The notes below the pieces were generated by a model, which saw nothing but the letters and a program-made list of their open reading frames with translations, ran no database searches and had not been told where the DNA came from. From contig NZ_VRZC01000003.1 in NCBI RefSeq assembly GCF_016743215.1, forward strand, positions 8,222 to 72,221: a stretch of 64,000 nucleotides of DNA, in the 5' to 3' direction. Positions within the stretch are counted from its first letter, which is position 1. Each line of letters starts with the position of its first letter. Below, piece after piece: positions 61,849 to 64,000 of the stretch. The stretch comes from Geminocystis sp. GBBB08 (GTDB taxonomy: Bacteria; Cyanobacteriota; Cyanobacteriia; Cyanobacteriales; Cyanobacteriaceae). A program made the position numbers and the translations under genes.

Positions 61849-63843
61849 TTAGGTTGTAAAGTTACTTGTACTTAATGTACCACCTGTAATCCCAGTGATG
61901 TTAATGAGTGCATCTGTAGTAGCATCAAATCCGGGTGTGCTATCATTAATAGCTAAATAAGTACCACTTCCAAAAGTAAAAGTAGCCGCATTATTGGCTG
62001 CAAAATTACCAGTTGTTAATACTGCCGCAATACCCGATTGAGTTAAACCGGTGACAACTGACAAAGTATTATTAACCGGCCCGGGTATAGTAGAAACTCG
62101 GAATTTATCAGCACTAACATCAAAATCAGTGATTCGATCACGATTAGCTAACAGAGAATCAGTTAAGTTTGTATAGTTGAAAATATCATCACCAGCACCA
62201 CCGGTTAAGGTATCAATACCGGCACCACCAGTTAAGGTATCAATACCATCACCACCGATTAAGGTATCATTACCGACATCACCACTTAAACTGTCAGTAC
62301 CATCACCACCAATTAAGGTATCATTACCAATACCCCCATCAAGGTTATCATTACCAACATCACCGCTTAAGGTATCATTACCGACACCACCGCTTAGGGT
62401 AGCATTATCATCAGCACCGCTTAAGGTATCATTCCCCGCATCACCGAAGAGGGTATCATTCCCAGTACCACCGATTAAGGTATCAATACCATCACCACCA
62501 CTTAAGCTATCAGCATCGGCACCACCGAAGAGGGTATCATTTCCCGCATCCCCGCTTAGGGTATCAGCATCAGCACCACCGATTAAGGTATCATTTCCAG
62601 CACCACCGCTTAAGGTATTATCACCAGCACCACCATCAAGAGTATCATTTCCCGCATCCCCGCTTAGGGTATCATCATCATCCCCACCGAAGAGGGTATC
62701 ATTACCGGCACCACCAACTAAGGTATCATTTCCAGCACCACCATCGAGAGTATCATTCCCCGCATCACCGATTAAGGTATCATTACCGGCACCACCGCTT
62801 AAGGTATCATTTCCAGTACCACCATCGAGGTTATCGTTACCAGCACCACCATCGAGGGTATCATTACCAGTATTACCGATTAAGGTATCATTATCATCAC
62901 CACCGCTTAAGCTGTCATTACCGGCACCACCATCGAGGGTATCATTATCGGCACCACCATCGAGGGTATCATTACCGGCACCACCATTGAGGGTATCACT
63001 CCCACCATTAGCAGTTAAGGTATCATTACCGGCACCACCAACTAAGGTATCAGAAGCTGTACCTCCAGTTAAGCTATCATTACCGGCACCACCATCAAGG
63101 GTACTTTGTCCAACATTATTTGTGAGAATATCATCACCAACACCTCCCGTAAGAATATTATTACTACCACTAGTAGCCGTTAAGGTATCATTCCCACCAC
63201 TTCCCGTAAGAATATTAGTTCCACCAGAACCAGTTAAACTATCATCACCGACACCACCATCAAGGGTATTAGTAGTTCCAGAACCGGTTAAGGTATCATT
63301 ACCAGCACCACCAGTAAGGGTACTATCCCCACTAGTAGCGGTTAAACTATCATTACCCACCCCACCATCAAGGATATTAGTAGTTCCACTAGCGGTTAAA
63401 GTATCATTACCAGTACCACCATTGAGGGTATTAGTAGTTCCACCATTAGCAATTAAGGTATCATCACCGGTTCCTCCCGTAAGGGTATTAGTAGTTCCAC
63501 CACTAGTACTTAAACTATCATTACCGATGCCACCATCAAGGATATTAGTAGTTCCACTAGCGGTTAAAATATCATTACCAGCACCACCACTCAAATTTTG
63601 ATTCAAATTTCCATTAGCGGTTAAGCTATCATCACCAAGACCACCGATGAGGGTACTATTCTCACCAGAACTAACAAGAGTATCGTTACCGACACCACCA
63701 TCAATAAGATTCGTACTACTAGTACCAGTCCCACCTATAATGGAATCATTACCCAGTAGTCCGTAGATAATTAGTTCTAGATCACTAAAACCAGTAAAAC
63801 TGATAAGATCATCAACATTAGTGAGGTTAAAAGTAAAAGCCAT
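61849..63843 (-). CDS. RTX-type calcium-binding repeat surface protein with bluetail-like C-terminal domain
   Basis: Dozens of GGXGNDTLX nonapeptides; C-terminal DRITDF...AATFTFG..TYLAINDSTPGF...DALINITG. Confidence 0.92.
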   Translation of the reverse strand: MAFTFNLTNVDDLISFTGFSDLELIIYGLLGNDSIIGGTGTSSTNLIDGGVGNDTLVSSGENSTLIGGLGDDSLTANGNLNQNLSGGAGNDILTASGTTNILDGGIGNDSLSTSGGTTNTLTGGTGDDTLIANGGTTNTLNGGTGNDTLTASGTTNILDGGVGNDSLTATSGDSTLTGGAGNDTLTGSGTTNTLDGGVGDDSLTGSGGTNILTGSGGNDTLTATSGSNNILTGGVGDDILTNNVGQSTLDGGAGNDSLTGGTASDTLVGGAGNDTLTANGGSDTLNGGAGNDTLDGGADNDTLDGGAGNDSLSGGDDNDTLIGNTGNDTLDGGAGNDNLDGGTGNDTLSGGAGNDTLIGDAGNDTLDGGAGNDTLVGGAGNDTLFGGDDDDTLSGDAGNDTLDGGAGDNTLSGGAGNDTLIGGADADTLSGDAGNDTLFGGADADSLSGGDGIDTLIGGTGNDTLFGDAGNDTLSGADDNATLSGGVGNDTLSGDVGNDNLDGGIGNDTLIGGDGTDSLSGDVGNDTLIGGDGIDTLTGGAGIDTLTGGAGDDIFNYTNLTDSLLANRDRITDFDVSADKFRVSTIPGPVNNTLSVVTGLTQSGIAAVLTTGNFAANNAATFTFGSGTYLAINDSTPGFDATTDALINITGITGGTLSTSNFTT

Positions 63844-64000
63844 ATATATTTACCTCTAGAAATTATATTTTTGTTTTAAGTTTAATTAATTGTCGCAAAT
63901 CAAATTATGTAGAAATACCAAAGATGATCTTTCTGCAAATTTTGTCTCCTTTTTTTATTTGTAATTACCAAAAACTCAACTATAAAATTAACAATTTATA

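Noticed and set aside
62177-63601. 474-aa Pro/Ser/Val-rich ORF on the + strand
   Set aside because: Antisense shadow of the Gly-rich RTX repeats; GGT/GAT/ACC codon usage leaves the opposite frame free of stops.

Overview
AT-rich cyanobacterial chromosomal DNA with many HIP1 octamers (GCGATCGC). Gene content and composition suggest a unicellular Chroococcales such as Geminocystis or Cyanobacterium (inference). Bases 1-32.7 kb are mostly housekeeping: rps1, ndhQ, carotenoid oxygenase, folE, icd, glnA with a canonical NtcA promoter, clpP-clpX, ftsQ, pdxH, an SLH-porin, 6S RNA, trxA and a CC-adding enzyme. Bases 32.9-36.5 kb are a dense array of intact, broken, chimeric and duplicated toxin-antitoxin cassettes, separated by six co-oriented HIP1-like repeat clusters. 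Bases 37.5-61.7 kb form an ion-homeostasis region: cheB, truncated kdpD, a three-gene NrtABD/CmpABD-family ABC transporter preceded by a clear c-di-AMP (ydaO/yuaA) riboswitch, corA, a kdpA-B-F-C operon interrupted by small accessory genes, an NtcA-box amt, a CorC/HlyC-type protein, DedA, a flotillin/NfeD-like pair and an orphan histidine kinase. A CGCAAAGG-type repeat occurs nine times, only in this region. The window ends with an RTX-repeat surface protein. Best candidates for undescribed biology: the riboswitch-controlled ABC transporter with an atypical binding pocket, and the repeat-delimited TA cassette array. No tRNA, rRNA, CRISPR array, integrase or intact transposase was seen. All family assignments come from motif recognition by eye, not from database searches.
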